This document shows, in pieces, positions 12,441 to 25,238 of a stretch of DNA of 64,000 bases. The stretch spans positions 10,976,001 to 11,040,000 of the forward strand of contig NC_087438.1 in the NCBI RefSeq assembly GCF_036321535.1, given 5' to 3'. Below the pieces are notes generated by a model that worked only from the letters and a program-made list of their open reading frames with translations, was not told the DNA's origin and searched no databases. The first letter of the stretch is position 1; every line of letters starts with the position of its first letter. This DNA is from Camelus dromedarius. Lineage: Eukaryota. The position numbers were made by a program, and so were the translations under genes.

Positions 12441-13929
12441 CATCAAGCTAGGACTTTATGGAAAATAAAACTTTATTTAAAGTACTTGAATTACAGGTTG
12501 TGGCAATGTTGACCCAGCTTGTATGACCCTTTCTCACATTCCCACAGCAACACTGCAAAATAAAGAAAAAGGATCCTGTGAACATCTTCCTAATACCTAC
12601 TCACTCTGAAATATCTGAATTACCTAAAAGAAGGGAAGAGAGCAAACTGAGCTCATACTTCTAGGCAACCCTGAATATTAAGGATGAGGGAATATCGTCC
12701 AAAGAGAATTGGAGGAATTCTCCTTTTGTCCAGGTGCAGACATGACCTGTGGAAATGTCCAGCAACACCACAAGGCTCTTCTGGGGGCAACCTCTCTTCA
12801 CACTGCGTGCACCTAAGATGTTGTAGATCTTCCTCGTGGCTAAATGGAAGACTAAAACTCGTCCCTTCCTTCCCTGTGGGAAGAGCTAATTTCTCATATG
12901 GCTTATTTCCATTGTCCAAGTTTTGCCCAGATGTATCCACTTACAGGAAGGCATGTTAGAAGGTGCTGAGTGGGCACTGCAAAAGGCATGCAAGTACTGG
13001 GTACGGCCAGGCACAAGCAATAAGAAGAAATCAAGGGATTTCTTCCAGGGAAGTAACAGAAATAAAGGCTAATTTAAAATTAGCTATATATGGTAATATT
13101 TTGTACGTTTTTCTGACAAAAAGGAGAATCTAATTGCTCTACCATAGAAAGTGCTTAAATGAGTTTTATGACATAAATAAGCAGATACCATATATGTAAC
13201 AGAAATAGTATTCGCAAAGAATTTTCCATGACATAAATCTATTTATAATATTATTTTAAAAAGCAAAATACAGAACTCCTCGTAAGAGAAGAAAGAAGAA
13301 AACGTCTAGTGAAAATGCTCTAAGATATTGCCAATGGCTATTCACTTCCTATTCTCCCACTTTCTCTCTGTTCTTTGTAACTTGGTTTCTGATCCAAATT
13401 TACTACACAGGTGTTTCCTTAAAGGACATTAATAACTTACTTTTCAGATCGTAAGGGTGTCATTATCTGAGTTCTTACTCTTCTTGAGCTCTTCAAAAGT
13501 CTTTAACACTTAAGCCTTCAGCAACTTCTTCAAATATCTCAAAGTTGCTTTTTCCCTCTGTCTGTTTCCTTTGGGTCTCTTGTCCCTCTAATCCCTGGTT
13601 TTCTCTCTTCTCAGCAGGCTTCCCTACCTCTACTGAGAGGTGCTGTTCCCGCAGATTTTGCTCTTTGGCTCCTTTCTATCTCAATGTGCAAAATTTCTCC
13701 TAGGATATTATAGCTTGTTATTTCCAAACTTCTGACAGACAGCATTATTTGATGGTAAGTCTTACTGTACTTGATCTTTAATATGCCCCTTTAGGGATTT
13801 AGTATTTTGTGATCAGGACTGAAGCAATAGTGGTCTTTATAGACTTGTCTTGTGGTAGCTTCTGGAAGGACATCCTCTTCATTTTCTGAGTTATATTCTA
13901 GTCCTTGGTAAACATGAGTTTGGTGAGAA

Positions 13930-14466
13930 TACTATGTCAGAATATACTTTTGTTCAAAACTATCTAATCTCCTTTTCACATTCACACACAAAGCATATGT
14001 ACCTTTACCATTGATGTTGAGCTTGGCCATGTGAGTCTTACTTTGATCTTATATAGAATGTGTTTCCCTAAGCCATGGCTTAGGACTCAACCATGTGTCT
14101 TGCTTTTGGCCAAAACGAATTTAGCAGCTGTGACAGCAGCAGAGGCTTGATGGGCACTCACATTTTGGGGCTTGTCACCTTACATTTATGCCTTCAGTAT
14201 GAAAACTTGACCCACTTTGCTACTGCCCAATTATAGACTACAGAAAAAACAAACGTGGAGCAGACCCGAGCCAGAGCTACAGCGAGGAGTCAGCAAGGGT
14301 CAAGTACACGGATTGAAGCAAAGTCGCACTGCTGATCTCAGTCAGGTTCAGCTACCCTGCAGCCAACTCACAGACGTGCGAAAAAGAATAAATGGTTATT
14401 ATTTTAAGCCACTGAGTTTTGGGATGGTTTGTCACACAGAATTTTGTCGATAGCTGACTGATATAA
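13930..14466 (+). mobile_element. MaLR solo LTR (old MLT1 G/H/J-type)
   Basis: 3' end 'aataaatggttattattttaagccactgagttttgggatggtttgtcacacag...tagctgactgatata'. Confidence 0.8.
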
Positions 14467-16589
14467 GTGGGCCCATGTTTGAAGCCAGACCCCCGAAGTA
14501 GCACACCTTTCTTGACTTTTTATGGTACTTTATAAGTTAGGAGTCTTTCCTTGGCAAAAGTCTTAGAGTAGAGAGAGCTTTAAGCAAGGCTTGATTCCAG
14601 TGCTCAGACCATGTCATCAGGTCCCAATTTCTCTTGCTCCGTCCCAGTTTAAGCTTCATTTTCAGACTTTCTTTTTTTGCATGGCAAATGGTTATCTTCA
14701 TTTATTAAAAATGCAATACTTAGCACATGCTGTGTGGTGGCCAATTCTAGCTTCCAAGTACAATCCCAATATGAAAAATCTTCTGCTTCTATTTTGGGAA
14801 CCCTAATGCACTTATTGTAAAACCAATCATTTTAGTTGGGGGAAGAAACGTTTTTGATTGATGCCACCCACAGAAGCCACATGCCCACACCTGGAGCCAA
14901 GATTGGAGGCAGCGCCACTTTAAGTGCATTAGCTGGGAGCATTGGTGTCCCCGAAGGGGAACTGAGGAGCTGTTTTCAAAGGAAAAGGTCATGAGTGCTT
15001 GATGTTATGCTGAAGGCAAAAGACAACAGGTCTTCTCTACATCAACTCATTAACAAGTTTCCAGGCTTTCTCTCCTTTAAATTGTTCCCCCACATGTACT
15101 GTCTTCATAAAACACAAGCCTGGTAGCATTGTACTCCTACCCAAAACTTGTATGAGTCATAATTGCCATTAGAACATGGGCCACAATCTAAAGGATGAAG
15201 TACAAAGCACTTTGTCAATTGTTTCCTTATTCTTTCCCAGGCTTGTACCCCAAAACACATATGCAAACCTTATTTCAATGGCACTAGTCATTCTTCCATG
15301 CCTCTAACACATGCTGAGACCCTCCTGGCCCCATTATCACAGTTGACATGCCAAGGGTATTTTAGGACCTCATCTGAATTCCCCTCAAATTGTGTTTCTA
15401 CCATGGCTTGTATCAGTTGGTCTCATGATGAGTCAAACACATGTGTGTTCTCCAGATGGTTCATGAAATCTCTGGACAATGTAGGTTAAAATTCATCTCT
15501 GTATCCCCCAGAGTATCTTACATAGGATTTTTCAAATAATCAATAAATACTTGCTGAAATGTTGACTTGTGGAATTATCTAGCTTCAGGCTCCAGAGCAG
15601 AAGTTAGGATTGGCATAGAAGTCGGGATTTTCAGCATACAATCTCTTTAGGCCCCTACAGGTGAGCATATCCTGACAAGGGGCTGCACAGGAAAGGTGAT
15701 TTAAACGACATATCTAAAAGAAGATGTAATTTAGCCCAGATGTTGGGATAAAATAATCAGACAGCCAGAAGATTCACGCAAATAAGAAAAGGGACCAGAG
15801 TCAGCTACAAAGGCCCAAATAAAGTGCTTTTAAAGCATAGTGCCTAGCATTTGGGGAGTGTCCTAGGATTACTAAAGGAAGATTTCCCCAGCGGTTTGGA
15901 ACTTGTTTGGTGGCTGAACCCTGAGTAAGGAATTTCAGAAGGCTTCCCATGTTGTAAGGATGCCTTTTTTTACATAAAGTTCTAGCAGATCAGAGGATAC
16001 CTCTGAGTGTATTGAGAAGGGAGAATGAAATTTATCAGAAATTTTAATATTAAGTTGTACCTAAAATGCTTGTCTTTCATCTTAGGCCATTTTCACGCAC
16101 AATATGCACCGAACAGCCAAAACAATTAGCCTAGGGTGGTTAGAAAAGGAATATATCATGATTATGAGGTTACAGACACATACACATATGGGAAAATAAC
16201 ACTTTTTGAAGTAGTATAAAGAACATTGAACCTCGGGTTCTGGTATGTGGTCTCTAGCTGCGCTCTATGAATAAATAGTTCTGTGGCCCTGAAAGAATCT
16301 CTTAAATGCTCTGAGCCTTGCAACATAATCTGAGAGACTAGCTTTCTTTAAAGTCACTCCAAACTTTTTGAGTTATAAGAGTTGGTAAGATATATAAAAT
16401 ACCAGAAAGGGGGTAGATCTGTGAATCTGATTACAGAGAGTAAACAATAATCTTTAAGTATCTTGGGGTTTAAGGGCTCAGGACTTACTATTGTCTTGGA
16501 AAAGGGAACACAAAAGAATGTACGTAATCTGAACTTTGAGAAGTAAAATTCTTTCCTCGCTTTACTAACCTTCAGTGCACATGTCGAGA

Positions 16590-18340
16590 ACCTACTGCAA
16601 TGGTCCTGGCAAGAGATGATGTTTATTTAGACAAGAGTAATGGGGATGTGAGAGGTGAGTAAATTTTGAGTATGGAGCTAATGTAAATTATTAAAATTAT
16701 GTGGGAAGTTTGGGAAAGAGAAGAATCAAGGATGCTTCCTAGATGTAAGACTGAAACAACTGGGTAGAAGGTGGGGCTATTTATTAACACGGGCAAAGAT
16801 TAGGGCACAGAAAAATTTGAGTTGGAGTGAAAACAGTGGCTCTTTTTTGGGGGGGGGCAAGTTAAGGTTGAGATACCTATTGTAAGTTCAAGTAGAGAGA
16901 CTGATTAAACAATTGAATGTACAAGTTTGGGGATTTTCTTAGAGAATAATGTGCTTCAAGGAGGGAGGGGCCAACAGTGTCTAATGTTACAGGGATTTAA
17001 GTATGATGAGGATCAGAAATTTAATGCAATTCCCATTTGATAATTGTGGTCATAAATTTGAAATAATCCAGTAAATTTGATTTTGTCATTTTTCTCTCAA
17101 TCATATTTACCTATTCAGATACAGACGCCAAGTAAGAGGATAGTGGTTCTAAATAAGTTTGGGTTCTGCTACATGAGAATATTAAAGAGAGAGGTAGAAA
17201 GGAGTTTTTGCAAGAGTGTGGTTATAATTTTAGAACATGCTGAGTAAGGAGAGAGATAAAACCATTTGAGTCCTGATGGGTAATAAAAAATGAAATTTCT
17301 ATCTATCAAAGTGCTTGATAATGTTAAATTTTTTGTGGTATATGAAGGTATAAGTCAGTGGTGTCCTTGATCAGATCTGGTTTAGTGAAAGGTTTGGAAA
17401 GAAAGCCTCACTGGAGTGAAAAGTAAATGGAGGAGAGAATGGAATCTGAAAAAATGAAGACAGGAAGCTTAGACAAGAATTGTAAAGATCTTTTTATAAC
17501 TGGATACAGAACAATGGGACACCAAGAAAAGGGAGATGTGAGTCAAAGGAGTGTTTTACAATGTTTACATGTTGATGGAAATGGTACAAGGGAAAAAGTA
17601 AAATTGATGAGGAAGATGAGAGAGGATATGATCTTAGAGGTGCATCATATGAAAGGAAATTAAGTCCACTGCACCAGCTGATCAGACAAAAGCACAGACA
17701 ATTTAAACATCTGTACAAGTTGGAAGCTAGCAAATGTAGGTAGAGAGACAGACATGATGGTAAATGTGGATTTGCAAAGATGATGATTTCTTTTGCTTCC
17801 ATTTTATCAGTGAAATAAGAAGTGAAATAACAATCAGATGAGAGTAGGGGAAATGGTAGAGATTCAAGGAAAAAAGAAGGTATGAAATTAGCTCAGAATG
17901 TGTGAAAGAAAATTGACTAAGGAAATATATCAGGATTGTCTGACAGTTCCCATTTGACATTTGTGGTCATAAATTTGATTTTGTTATATTGCATCAATAT
18001 TTACCTACCCAGATATAAGTGCCAAGGGAAGAGTAGGGGTAAATACGTTTGGGTTCTGAGTTTGTTAATTGGAAGAGAGGAAGGAAGGACTCTTTACAAC
18101 ACTGTGATTGCAGTTGTAGAATATGCAGTAAGGAGAGGAGCAAAACCATAAAGTTTCTGATGGGTAATGAAAAAGGGATAGGGCTATGGACTGAAGCACT
18201 AGACAGTGTACAATATTTTGATGATAGGAATGCCAGAATGAGTGAAGAGTAGGAGGAAATAAGACAGGGGCATATTTACAACAGAGCTTTCAGAAACTGA
18301 GCAGTCTTAGAAATAACAAGCTATAGGAGAGTTGTTTCCA
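16590..18340 (-). mobile_element. L2 fragments
   Basis: Purine-rich antisense L2, e.g. 'gagaagaatcaaggatgcttcctagatg...ggcaagttaaggttgagatacctatt', 'gaaagcctcactggagtg'. Confidence 0.65.
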
Positions 18341-18356
18341 AAAGTTCTGACCGTAG

Positions 18357-18807
18357 TATTACAGGTTGAATTTGTCCCCTCAAAAGATAGGTTGAAATAA
18401 ATCCTAACTTCAGGCACCTTACAATGTGATATTATTTAGAAACAGGGTCATTGCAGATGTTTTTAATTAAGATGTGGGGTCATATTGGAGTACGGTATGC
18501 CCTTAACCCAAAATGACTGATGTCTTTGTAATAAGAGGAGACAAAGACACACAAGGCGAAAATGCCATGTGATGATGGAGGCACGTTCTGAAGTGTTGCA
18601 GCTGCAAGCCGAGGATTGCCAGCAAATCAGCAGAAGTTAGGAAGAAGCAAGACAGGTTTTTCCCTGCAAGTTTCAGAGGGACCAAAGGGCTGCCAATTAT
18701 CTTGATTTCCAAATTTCAGACTCCAGAACTTGAGACAATAAATTTCTGTTTTTTTAAGCCATTTGGTTTGTGGTACTTTGTTACAACAGCCCTAGGAAAC
18801 CAACACA
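18357..18807 (+). mobile_element. MaLR solo LTR (MLT1B/C)
   Basis: 'ggttgaatttgtcccctcaaaagata...agggtcattgcagatg...cagactccagaacttgagacaataaatttctgtt...gtggtactttgttacaacagccctaggaaaccaacaca'. Confidence 0.9.
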
Positions 18808-19744
18808 TACACTTCCAAATGTTTAACATGAATCTCCTCTAAAAATATTTATGTGTTTATAAAGTACATATATTTATAATCATATTCATATGCATATAAT
18901 TTATAACACATAAACAAAACTAAAAACATCTGCTTTTATTATACTCCTGATGAAATTAATGTGATTTTCTGAAAATTTTATCTCAACACTTGTGATAGAA
19001 TAGTAATTCAAAGGACCTATTCTAATTTGACTTCATGATGTTACTTAGTTTTGAAGATTACTATATTTTAAATCATCCTTCATAAAAGTAAGAGACAAAA
19101 TTTATGACCAAAAATCTCATGTTGCCATTGTCAGAAAATCCTGCTATACTTTGCAATTATTTGCTGCTATTTCTCAGTCCATTTCCAATTTTGTCATTTG
19201 TTGTTACAGTTTAGCTAGTAGTCAACTTTCAAGATGGCCATCACTTATTGTCAATGTAATAAAAATGTGTTACATCTTCAAGTGGTTTTAAGACTTCCTA
19301 AAATTCTTGGGATGCTTTTTAAGTAGTTTAGAAGTTTTGTTTCCATTTTTAATGTGCAAATATGAGCCTTTATCAGTGACACCTTTACATCATTTTTTGG
19401 CAACAGAAGCACAACACAAAGGACATTTTTCCAAATATCTACTTTCAAAATTACTTCTTTACCAGTCAGAGTAGCTGCTTATGGAGGTCAGATAAACAAC
19501 AGAGTTTGTGTTTATGTCAGTCTCAGAGATTTCCCCAGGACTCCTTAATCCCCACTGAATTAGAGAGGCTAGTTTGAGACATCCATTCCTGCTGTTATTT
19601 TTGGTCTACAGAAAATAAAAGCCACACAGCTTTTCAAGGATACCAAGGCTTCCCACAGATATATTTCTCACAGTCTCATTAAAGAGAATATCCTCAGGGG
19701 ACATATTTAGGAGACTGGTGAACAGATCTTACACTATAAATCCA

Positions 19745-21060
19745 CTCTAGTACTCCATATCTTCAATATAAAGGTTACACTTAACAAATGGTCCAGTGGG
19801 TCCCTGAGTCCATTCTATGGTTATTTCCCCAGTTCTAGAATGCCAAATTAGAATAGGCACAGTCAACAACTGACAGAAGCTCCATTTGGGTTTCTTGATC
19901 TCTGGAGGGATGACTGGTCTGGTAGGAAAGGCCAAGGGGAAGCATCTGGAACTGCCTCTACTTAATTAATTAATACATCAAAAGAAGTAATACATTTTTG
20001 GAAGCACCGCAGAGATTTGTGCCACCATCAAGGACTTGAAAGATTCAAGGTGGTGATTATTAACATAGTCCATTTTGACTTAATCTATTTGAGCTGTTCA
20101 GAAGTTAGCTGAATCTTGGAAGACGACAGTGGATTATCATAAACTAAAGCAGGATTTGACTTTAACTGCAGCTTTGTTCCTCTTCCAATTTTGCTCTAGA
20201 TCGTGATTTCTCAGACTTGGCACTGTTGACACTTTGGACCAGATGACTCTGTGTTGGGAGAGCGTGGTCTACATATCATAGAATGTTTAGCAGCAGCCCT
20301 AGCTTTTACCCACTAGATGCCATTATCACCCCCAACTTCAGTTGTGACAACCAAAAATGTTTTCAGATATGGCCAACATCTTCTGGGTGTCAAATCTCCC
20401 CTCAGCCACTCCATCAATAACTATTGTTCTGGAGCAAATCAAACATCCCCTGGCACCTGCTATGCAGTTATTGATCTGGCAATTGTTCTTTTTTCTCTAA
20501 ACCTCTTAGTAAAACCATCAGAAGCAATTTTCTTTCACCTGACACAGACAGCAATACACTTACTGGATTCCCCAAGCTCCAATTACATCAACGCTCTAGC
20601 TCTATGTCAGAATCTAATCCACAGAAAGCTAAATCAACTCTGTTCCACGAGACTTCATGATGACCCATTACATGGATGATACCATGCTGGTTGGACCTAG
20701 AGATTAGGAAGTGAAAACTGCCCTTGGTAAAATACATGTTTGCCTGAGGGTGGGAAAAAGTTCCATAAAAATGCATGGCTCTGCCACCTTAGTGGAATTT
20801 CTAGGAATCTAGCAGTCTGAGGAATATCAATGTAACTATTCCAGGGTGAATGACAATTTGTTGCAACTGTCCCTTTTGATACTAAGAGGGAGGCAAGGGG
20901 CCTAGGATCCTTGAGGTAACTAACATATGCTTAATTTGGGTGCATGTTCTGACCCATTTACTGAGGAAATCAAAAAGCTACAAAGTTTGAGTGGGACCAA
21001 AATAAGAAAATACCCTATAATATGTCCAGGTCACCTGAAAGCTTTTCTGTCATTTTATCT
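19745..21060 (+). mobile_element. Second decayed ERV-L provirus: protease/RT region (interrupted by MER20)
   Basis: 'gagatttgtgccaccatcaaggacttgaaagat', 'gaatcttggaagacgacagtggattatcataaact', 'cccctggcacctgctatgcagttattgatctggcaa', RT YMDD motif 'cattacatggatgat' (~20666-20680). Confidence 0.9.
20200..20412 (+). mobile_element. MER20 (hAT-Charlie) inserted in ERV-L RT
   Basis: 'gatttctcagacttggcactgttgacactttggaccagat...gaatgtttagcagc...cccactagatgcca...cagttgtgacaaccaaaaatgttttcagatatggccaa'. Confidence 0.9.
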
Positions 21061-23140
21061 GTGGCACATAGGGATGTTATATGGAGCATCCTTAAAAAGA
21101 TGTTCCAGAAGAAAGGCTGTCAGTGTCATTGATAGCAAGGTATGCAGAAATGTGAGAGAACTGTCTCCCAACACTGTCAGGTAAAATGAAGGTCATGTCT
21201 CCCTCTAGGGTTAAGTTCAGGCAAGTTTGCTTGCAGTCCATGATAAAATATTTGGGTTCCCTAAACTCGGGGTTCCTCACCTGTGACAGAAATTCAATAC
21301 ATGAGCAACATTCACTTAAGCTGCTTCATGATGTCCCAGTGGGACCTGGGGCCAAAAAAAATTGATGCAAACATGAAGTTCATGAAGACCCAGGAACCTC
21401 AAGTCTTCTGCCAACGCTCATGAAACCACTGCAGGCCAATTTCTTAGCTTGCAAGTACAGAACAATCTCAGACTCTTCATATTCCTGTAAGTTTTTGGAG
21501 ATGAGGATGGGATGCTGACAGAGACATGGCTTTCTGGAAGAGAACCTAGTAGGCTTGATTAGAGAATCTGAGATGACGTCCTGTGATCCAGTAGCAAACA
21601 TTCTCAACTAAGCCACAGGAGGGGGGCAGAATAAGGGTCCTCCTTTTGACTACCTGTTGATGAATGTTTAGAGGGTGAACACTAGAATTAAAATGAGTCT
21701 TTTGAATGGTGCCTGGGTTTTACTTGCTCTCATTTGGGGAGAGGAAGAATGGGCACTTATCATGGCAACTGGGCGACAAGTCCTGAGACTCCAGGCCAAA
21801 GGCAATGTGACTATGGCTGCTGAGTCAAGGAGTCTCCAGGGTAGAAATACTGGTGTTAGTAACAAGACTGAAGAGCTCTGGGTGGATTGAAAACACTAGA
21901 AGTTAATTTGGTTGAGCCGTAGCGGCCTCCAGGTTGGACAAATGGGAAAGTAAATCTGCCTTCCTTACTGGCATGGAGCTCTCTCCATTTCTGTGTCCCA
22001 TTCCTGCCTCTCCATCCGTGCAATGTCAAATGCTTTAAGAGAAAGATGATTAGAAGTGAGGCTAAGGACTCTTGATTTCCAAACTGTACTAAAGGCCACA
22101 TGCAACCCTCTGAGTTTACAGGAAAACTCTGGGAAGGGAAAGGATGCTGTGGATGAGGCCTCTTGGGCTAATCCAATGTACTATTCCAGTTGCTTCTACA
22201 TCTGAATGTGTCAGCAATTGCTATGTTGATGCATCCCATAAGTACCGCAAGAGGTCCTCTCAATCAAAAGAGTCACAAGTAGAGGGGTACTAGTGGCACA
22301 AAATCCCCTGACTCTTGCCACCAGTGAAGAGTCAGGATTTACAGTGAATGCCTCTTAACCTCTGAGGTTGGTCGGCAAGTCAGAGTCTCAGTTGAAATTA
22401 CCCTGACTCCGCTAGTTATCACACCTCAACTATTGGCGGTGGTTGATAAACCTCAAAAAAATCCAGGGCCTTGCTTGCCAGGTTGTTTCTTGGAATTTGA
22501 AGGCAAAAGATTCACAATGCTCAGTCTCTATGGCAGGTAAGGAAATACTGCTCTCTCTTCAATCTCCACAGCAGCAAAAAGAGTCCTAGCACCATATTGG
22601 ATTCTTTAGGTATTGGATAATATTGTCTCACTTGGGCATTCTGCTTAGTCTTTTGTATCTTTCAATCCCCAAATCAGCATGCTTTGAGTGGCAGCCAAAC
22701 CAACAGACTGCAGAGGAAGTCATCTAGCAAGTTGTGGCATGCTTTTTACCTTTGGGTCCCCACAACCCTAATGATACATTTAAACCACAGGTCTTTGTGA
22801 CTAATAGTACCATCTAGTAAAGGGAAGCAGCCTCCATTTAGAGGTATTTCTCAGGATTTGAACTCCTTGCCTCCCTGACTTGGCTTCCATTTTGCAAAGT
22901 AGTCATCAGCTTACCAATGGTCTCTGGTCAAAGCCAAATGGAGATCTTGTAACCTCTCTCCCCCAAGCCTGATATTCCCGTTTAAATTTGGGTTAACTTG
23001 GACTTAATGACTAATCAGGTGAGAAGGGCCCAATAAGTCTCAATTCTCAAATGGAAATGTCATGTTCAAGAACATAGTTGGCCTGACCCAGGAACATGCC
23101 TGCTTTACATGAAACAGTGGCAGGAGAACTTAGGTACAAC
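21060..23140 (+). mobile_element. Nested or adjacent class-III ERV internal remnant (ERV3-16A3-like; family tentative)
   Basis: A second copy of the RT connection region, PNQQTA.EVI*QVVACFLPLGPHNPNDTFKPQVFVTN (~22696-22805), homologous to ERVL LPLGPYDP, plus an RNase H-like 'ctcaaatggaaatgtcatgttcaagaac'. Confidence 0.6.
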
Positions 23141-23344
23141 TTCGGAACCCTCACTGTTATTGAGAGACAGTAAACAAACATGCCCTCTGCTCTGGATGGA
23201 GACATTATCTCTATATTTCAAGGTTGTTTACTATGTAAACATCCTTTAAAATATAGTCTAGAACAAAGGCCATCAATGCCTCTTCTCACAAGAGATACAG
23301 AAATGTTAAAGATCTGTAGAGAAGTGTCTCCCAACAGCAGTCTA

Positions 23345-24158
23345 GCACTGACTGAATGTAGATGGTTGTAGCATTTTACTTGAGGGACACCGATGATGAA
23401 AAATCCTCCTGGTGAGCATAACTCTGATCACTATGTGTGGTTGTTCAGTTTGCCTGGAAGGAGAGGCCAGAGATTCAGATCTACATTGATTTATGGGTAG
23501 TGGTTAATAGTTTGGTTAGATGGTCAGGGACTTAGAAGGAAGATGATTAGGAAAAGGGTGGTAGGGAGGAGGTATGGGGAAGAGATATTTAGATAGACTT
23601 TTCTGAATAGGCACAGATTTTGAAGATACTTGTGTCCCATAAGTGCTCAACAAAGAGCAGAGTAATATCATAATAATGGGGTGAGCAAAATGACTTCTTC
23701 TGTAAACATCAATCAACCTCTTTGCCAGGCCTCCTCTGTCTTTGCCCAGGATATGCAGTCTGTCCAAGGCAGCAGGATCAAAGGTATGCATGGGATCAAA
23801 AAGATGTATTTCCAAAGCTGATCTTACTCTGGCCATTGCTGAGTGCACCACGTGTCAACAGTAAAAATGACACTAAGCCACTGGTGGCACCACTTCCCTA
23901 GGGCATCAGTCAGACACCTGGCAATGGCAGGACTGATTCCATCATGAAAAGAACGGGGCTTAGCTCTCACTGAAATAGACATCTATTCTGAATAGGGATT
24001 TTTGCCTTCTCTATTTGTAATGCTTTTGCCAAACTACCATCTGTGGGCTCACAGAAGCCTTATTCATTATTATAATTTCTACAGTGTTGACTATGATCAA
24101 GGAACTCATTTTACAACTGATGAAAAGTAGCAATGAGCTCAGGGACATGGAATTTCTA
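23345..24158 (+). mobile_element. ERV-L RNase H/integrase remnant (continuation of the 19.7 kb provirus)
   Basis: 'ggccagagattcagatctacattgatttatgggtagtggttaatagtttggttagatggtcagggact', 'gccattgctgagtgcaccacgtgtcaacag', 'ctatgatcaaggaactcattttaca'. Confidence 0.85.
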
Positions 24159-24345
24159 CGATGATGAGTACAGTTTCAGGTATCTATTGGTTATTCACAC
24201 ATATTCTTTAGTAATCTTTTGTCCATTTTTAATAGGGTTGATCATGTTTTAGTTATTGATTTATAGGACTTCTTGTGTGCAAACTGGACCTTTATAAAAC
24301 ATATGTGTTGTAAGTGTGTTTCCTAGTCTTAAAAAACATTTTTAT

Positions 24346-24670
24346 GGATGGTTTAAGACGATCTGGCTGTGACATCTGTCATCCCATTTGATAGCAGGGT
24401 TAATTTGGCTGATCTGGCTGGCTAAGTGGGGGACCCCTTCCTCTCTCACCGCTCCACATGCATCCTTCCTGAAGCCGCATGCTCGGTAAAAGAGGACAAC
24501 TTTCTCCGATAGAGGAAGACCACTGTTCAGTCAATAGTATAGGAGTAGATGCTCCCCTGAAGCTTCACACAAGTTCTCAAGTTTCATTTGTAGAAGAACA
24601 TCAGGTAGTCAAGCTTCCAAGACTCCAGACACATCCAGATGAGGCGCTGTGTGTGGCAGTCCACCTTTCT
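24346..24670 (+). pseudogene. RN7SK: 7SK snRNA pseudogene, essentially full length
   Basis: Colinear with 7SK from 5' GGATG through 'gatctggctgtgacatctgtcatcccatttgat...ggctgatctggctggcta...gatagaggaagacc...gtagtcaagcttccaagactccagacacatccagatgaggcgctg..tgtggcagtccacctttct'. Many CpG transitions and small indels; upstream flank is L1 debris rather than a Pol III type-3 promoter. Confidence 0.95.
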
Positions 24671-24899
24671 GTAAATTTTTTTTTATATAAAAGAATTTTT
24701 TGCTCGCTGCCACAGAGGCTAGATTGAAAATTCAGATAAAGTGCTCTCTGATACAATGTACCTACTCAGACACTGACATAAATGTTATTTAGATAATAAT
24801 AATCAAACTAACCTTTGAAACACTGGTACCTTTAAATCCTGAAACATACTCTATGGAATTTGCATTTGTGCTATGTGAAGTAAAGTTATGGTTAGCCAG

Positions 24900-25238
24900 A
24901 AAACTTCCCACAGAACTTATCCACCGACAAAGCAAAAAGACAACCTACTGAATAGGAGAAAATATCTTCAAATAATATGAATGACAGGGGTTAATATCCA
25001 AAATATATAAACAGCTCAGACAACTCGACATCAACAAAACAAACCTGAATAAAAACTGGGTAGAAGACTTGAAGAAACATTTTTCCAAAGAAGACATTCA
25101 GATGGCCAAAAGGCACATGAAAAGATGCTCAACATCATTATCAGAGAAATGCAAATTAAACTCCAATAAGACTTCACCTCACACCTGTCGGAGCGGCTAT
25201 CATCAGAAAGAATACAAATAAAAGTTAGCGAGGATGTA
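24900..25238 (+). mobile_element. L1 ORF2 3' fragment
   Basis: 'aaaagacaacctactgaataggagaaaata...ttttccaaagaagacattcagatggccaaaaggcacatgaaaagatgctcaacatca'. Confidence 0.85.

Noticed and set aside
18810..19640. Possible hAT (Charlie-like) transposase remnant
   Set aside because: AT-rich and suggestive, but I could not match a family or termini with confidence.
24346..24670. Functional 7SK gene
   Set aside because: Numerous substitutions and indels in a normally near-invariant RNA, a damaged 3' hairpin, and transposon sequence upstream instead of a promoter.
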